NCBI GenBank assembly: GCA_965140585.1
Contig: OZ223273.1
Coordinates: forward strand, 1-19,488
Direction of reading: 5' to 3'
Source: Spirochaetia bacterium
Lineage (GTDB): Bacteria > Spirochaetota > Spirochaetia > UBA9216
Length of the DNA: 19,488 bases
The notes under the pieces were generated by a model, which was not told where the DNA came from, ran no database searches, and worked only from the letters and a program-made list of their open reading frames with translations. The translations under genes and the position numbers were made by a program. Of this stretch, positions 16,093-19,488 are shown one piece after another. The stretch's first letter is position 1. The number at the start of each line of letters is the position of its first letter.

Positions 16093-17886
16093 TCAGCCCT
16101 GTTCAAGAACCGCCCGGATTCTCCGGACTCCTGATGATGAAGACTGTTCTTTCTGTATTTTAAAATGGCCCATGCCTCCGGTATGTTCAACATGGGGTCC
16201 GCCGCATACCTCCTTGGAATAATCTCCAATGGTATACACCTTGACCTTCTCTTCATACTTATCGCCGAAGAAAGCTATAGCACCCTCGCTCTTTGCCTTC
16301 TCAAGATCCATAATTTCCATGCTCACCGGAAGGTCGCGTTTGATCTGCTCATTAACCATATCTTCAACTTTCTGGATCTCTTCAGGAGTCATCTTATCAT
16401 GATGACTGAAGTCGAAACGGAGTCTCTCACTGGTTATATTACTGCCCTTCTGCTGTACATGTTCGCCTAGAACTGTTCTAAGAGCTTTATGAAGCAGATG
16501 AGTTGCAGTGTGAAGAGCTGTAGTCAGCTCTGAATGATCAGAAAGCCCGCCCTTGAAGGCTTTCTCGGCACCCTGCTTGGACAGTTCCTGATGCTTTTTG
16601 AAAGCTGCATCAAAGCCTTCACGGTCTACGGTGAACTCGTGTTCAGCTGCAAGCTCCTCGGTAATTTCAACCGGAAAGCCGTATGTGTCATAAAGCTTAA
16701 ATGCCAGTCGGCCGGGAATAATCCGTTTTGAACTCTTCATCAGGTTCGGAAGAAGCTTTTCAAACTCCTGTTCCCCCTTCTGGAGGGTTTTCAGGAATTT
16801 TTCCTCTTCATCCTTCATCTCCCTGAGAATAAAGTCATTGTTTCTCTCAAGTTCAGGATAAATGCCCTTATAAGTATCGATAACCATTGCGGCAATAGCG
16901 GTCAGGAAGGTTCCGTCTATTCCGAGTTTGCGTCCATGCCTCATTGCCCGGCGGATGAGCCGTCGGAGGATATACCCCTGCCCTACGTTTGAAGGAGCAA
17001 TACCTCGATCATCGCCAAGGATCATTGTTGAAGTTTTTACGTGGTCGGTGATAATCCTGATTGAAACATCAGTATCCTCATCTTCTCCGTATTTCTTACC
17101 GGAAATATTCTCTACGGCAGCGATAAGCGGCGTAAATGTTTCTGTTTCATATACTGATTTCTTACCCTGCAGAATTGCGGAGGTTCTTTCAATCCCCATA
17201 CCGGTATCTACACACTGTCTGCTCATCTGAACATAGCTTCCGGCTTCCTGCTTGTTGTACTGCATGAAAACATCGTTCCAGATCTCAAAGTATTTACCGC
17301 ATGAACATCCCGGACGGCAGTCATCCCCGCAGGAATCACGGCCGGTATCTATGAACATCTCGGAATCAGGTCCGCAGGGACCAGTCTGTCCCGCAGGCCC
17401 CCACCAGTTATCTTCACGTGGCAGGAAATATATTCTTTCTTCGGGAATACCAAGTTCGCGCCATACATTGGCTGATGTCTCATCACGTTCAACGGTATCA
17501 TCGCCGGCAAATACAGTTACCGAAAGTTTGTCCACATTAATGCCAAGCCATTCAGAGCTGGTAAGAAACTCATAGCTCATGCGTATTGCTTCTTCTTTAA
17601 AGTAGTCGCCGAGAGACCAGTTTCCGAGCATTTCGAAGAATGTCAGATGATGGGGATCACCGACCGCGTCTATATCGCCTGTTCTGATACATTTCTGAAA
17701 GTTTACCAGTCTGGTGCCTGCAGGGTGGGTTTCACCGAGGATATAAGGCACCAGCGGATGCATTCCGGCGGTTGTGAAAAGCACTGTCGGATCGTTTTCC
17801 GGAATCAGTGATTTTCCTGATATTTCCTTATGGTTCTTTGATTTAAAAAATTCAAGATATTTGGTTCGAAGTTCATTTCCAGTCAT
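16093..17886 (-). CDS. alaS: Alanine--tRNA ligase, short form lacking the C-Ala domain
   Basis: ENDPTVLFTTAGM, QKCIRT.DI, HLTFFEMLGNWS.GDYFK, GPCGPDSE, EIWNDVFMQY, VDTGMGIER, GYILRRLIRRA and FKLYDTYGFP. Editing motifs HTATH and CGGPH are present. The protein ends just after GVRRIRA (597 aa). Confidence 0.97.
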   Translation of the reverse strand: MTGNELRTKYLEFFKSKNHKEISGKSLIPENDPTVLFTTAGMHPLVPYILGETHPAGTRLVNFQKCIRTGDIDAVGDPHHLTFFEMLGNWSLGDYFKEEAIRMSYEFLTSSEWLGINVDKLSVTVFAGDDTVERDETSANVWRELGIPEERIYFLPREDNWWGPAGQTGPCGPDSEMFIDTGRDSCGDDCRPGCSCGKYFEIWNDVFMQYNKQEAGSYVQMSRQCVDTGMGIERTSAILQGKKSVYETETFTPLIAAVENISGKKYGEDEDTDVSIRIITDHVKTSTMILGDDRGIAPSNVGQGYILRRLIRRAMRHGRKLGIDGTFLTAIAAMVIDTYKGIYPELERNNDFILREMKDEEEKFLKTLQKGEQEFEKLLPNLMKSSKRIIPGRLAFKLYDTYGFPVEITEELAAEHEFTVDREGFDAAFKKHQELSKQGAEKAFKGGLSDHSELTTALHTATHLLHKALRTVLGEHVQQKGSNITSERLRFDFSHHDKMTPEEIQKVEDMVNEQIKRDLPVSMEIMDLEKAKSEGAIAFFGDKYEEKVKVYTIGDYSKEVCGGPHVEHTGGMGHFKIQKEQSSSSGVRRIRAVLEQG

Positions 17887-17892
17887 GCTAAG

Positions 17893-17921
17893 ATAGTATT
17901 TATGATGGACCCTAGTGTCAA
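17893..17921 (-). promoter_or_regulatory. Near-consensus sigma70 promoter for alaS
   Basis: The - strand reads TTGACA (17921-17916), 17 nt, TACTAT (17898-17893), CTTAGC, then ATG (17886). Confidence 0.8.
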
Positions 17922-17943
17922 GATTGATTAATAAGACATGGTT

Positions 17944-17983
17944 GAGCTTTTTTTAAAACTCGGGTTGTTTTAAAAAAAAGCTC
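17944..17983. repeat. AT-rich inverted repeat in the divergent alaS/fapA intergenic region
   Basis: GAGC-T7-AAAAC (17944-17959), loop TCGGGTT, GTTTT-A8-GCTC (17967-17983). This is a 16-bp stem with one extra A. Confidence 0.8.
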
Positions 17984-17993
17984 CGGATAAACT
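17965..17993 (+). promoter_or_regulatory. Possible sigma70 promoter for the DUF342/FapA gene
   Basis: TTGTTT (17965-17970), 17 nt, TAAACT (17988-17993). The ATG at 18003 has no SD. Confidence 0.4.
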
Positions 17994-18002
17994 GTAGATA
18001 AA

Positions 18003-19488
18003 ATGAGAACTGAAAGTATTTTTGACATTTACTATAAAAACGGATATGCGTGGCTCACTGTGTACCCAAGGGATGATTCCAGAACTGTCTACCCGGAGGA
18101 TATTACCGGAAGGCTGCATCTTCTGGGAATAGATAATGTACGGCGCCAGGTGATAATTGATATCATTGACTCAGGCGACGGAACACCCCACCCTCTCACA
18201 GAGTGGCCTGAAGGCCGGCATCTTGCCCCGGAAATAACTGTAGAAATCTCTGATGACCTGATGACTGCATGGATTACTGTGAAAGCAGGGAAACAGGGCG
18301 GAGAGCCTCTGAGTACTGAAATGCTTAGATCCGCACTTAAAGACGCCGGAGTCATCTACGGCATTGATGATGATGTACTTAAAACTGTTTCCTTCCGGGG
18401 CATTTACAATCAGAAGGTAGCGGCTGCTCATGGGATCGAAGCTGTTGATGAAAAGGCAGCTGAACCTGAATATTTCTTTGTAACTGACAGACTCAAACCC
18501 TTCCGTGAGCTTGAATTTAACCGGATTGATCTCAAGGAGCTCAATTTCATCCAGAACAAGCAGGCGGGCGACGTACTCGCAGTCCTGGGAACACCGGTAA
18601 AAGCCGCGGAAGGCGCGACATCACCGGTGCAGTGCTTGAACCCTTAAGAGGCACCATTGCCCAAAACTTTGAAGCCGGAGAGGGGGCTCTGCTTGCAGAG
18701 GACGGGAAATCCATCACAGCAGAAATTGACGGCAACGTGAGGCTGTCCGAGGGCGCAGTAACCGTTGATAAACTCATTGCAGTTGAGAATGTCGATTATT
18801 CCAACGGAAACATGGACTTCAACGGCTCAATCGATATAAGCGGCAGAATTGCCGACGGTTTCACAGTAAAAGCTGCAGGCGATGTACAGATAGGCAAGTC
18901 ACTGAGCAGGGTTGATATTTCATGCGAGGGAGATCTTATTCTTAAGGCAGGGATTTCCGGCAATGATGAAGGGAAAATCTATTGCGGCGGGAATCTGTAT
19001 GCGAAATATATAGAGAGCGCCAATGTAACCTGCAGGGGAAATATAATAGTCGAAGAGGCAGTCATGCACTCACGAATAAAGGCTGACGGGGACATCCTGC
19101 TTACCGGGAAAAGAGCGGAAATATTCGGGGGAAGGATATGCGCCGGAGGCAATATCAAGTGCAAAAAACTGGGCTCGATAAACGAACCGGTCACCGAGAT
19201 TTTTCCCGGTGTAGACATAGAGAGGTTCAGCCTGCTTGAGGAGCATCAGGATGCGGTGAGTTCGATGAATAAACGGCTGAACGAACTCGATACAACGCTG
19301 AGGCAGCTTAAGAATGCCTTGTTAAAAGTTGAAGACCAGGAAATCCCCAGACAGAAGGTTTTAACAGCCATAGACCAGCTATCTGCAGAGTCGGAAGAGA
19401 TAAATAAAAGGCTCAGCAATGAACTCAGGGATCTTCATGAACTTAAAAAAGACCTGACGGCAATGAAGCCTCCACCGTTTCTGTAGAC
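18003..19488 (+). CDS. FapA (DUF342) family protein, frameshifted near 18614 and probably near 19455; runs off the window
   Basis: The N-terminal part shows VEISDDLMTAWI, LKDAGVIYGID, VAAAHG...VD and RIDLKELNFIQN...GDVLA. The C-terminal beta-solenoid part shows NVDYSNGNMDFNGSIDISG, GFTVKAAGDV, GGNLYAKYIE and GGRICAG, then a coiled coil. A 1-nt insertion near 18614 restores EG-RDITGAVLEP. Confidence 0.85.

Noticed and set aside
17971-17990. Sigma28 (FliA) promoter for fapA suggested by CCGGATAA
   Set aside because: It is an imperfect match to GCCGATAA, with no TAAA at the required spacing of about 15 nt upstream.
279-19218. Numerous 60-170 aa antisense or alternate-frame ORFs in the ORF track
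   Set aside because: They lie on top of well-supported genes, have no recognisable motifs and are typical shadow ORFs.

Overview
A 19.5-kb stretch of mostly core genome, probably from a free-living Spirochaetales bacterium. That assignment is inferred from the short AlaRS, the TPR-TPR-rlmN cluster, the DUF342/FapA gene and the gene order. The + strand carries: the 3' part of a DegT/DnrJ sugar aminotransferase with a 1-nt frameshift in an A7 run; a translationally coupled three-gene xanthine dehydrogenase/CoxLSM-like module; dnaE-yggT-recG-rsmD; hisZ-hisG-hisB; two TPR-type genes; and rlmN. A bidirectional terminator follows, then a C-terminally short alaS on the - strand and a divergent FapA/DUF342 gene that is frameshifted and runs off the window. 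Two observations stand out. (1) The molybdenum-hydroxylase-like trio is intact as ORFs but has lost nearly every Moco-binding and catalytic motif, while keeping all eight [2Fe-2S] cysteines and the core FAD motifs. It is coupled to a nucleotide-sugar aminotransferase, which makes it a candidate Moco-less pseudo-molybdoenzyme or repurposed electron-transfer system. (2) Sigma70-like promoters sit only a few nt upstream of SD-less start codons at alaS, hisZ, the TPR operon and probably dnaE and fapA, suggesting widespread leaderless translation. No mobile element, CRISPR array or RNA gene was recognised.
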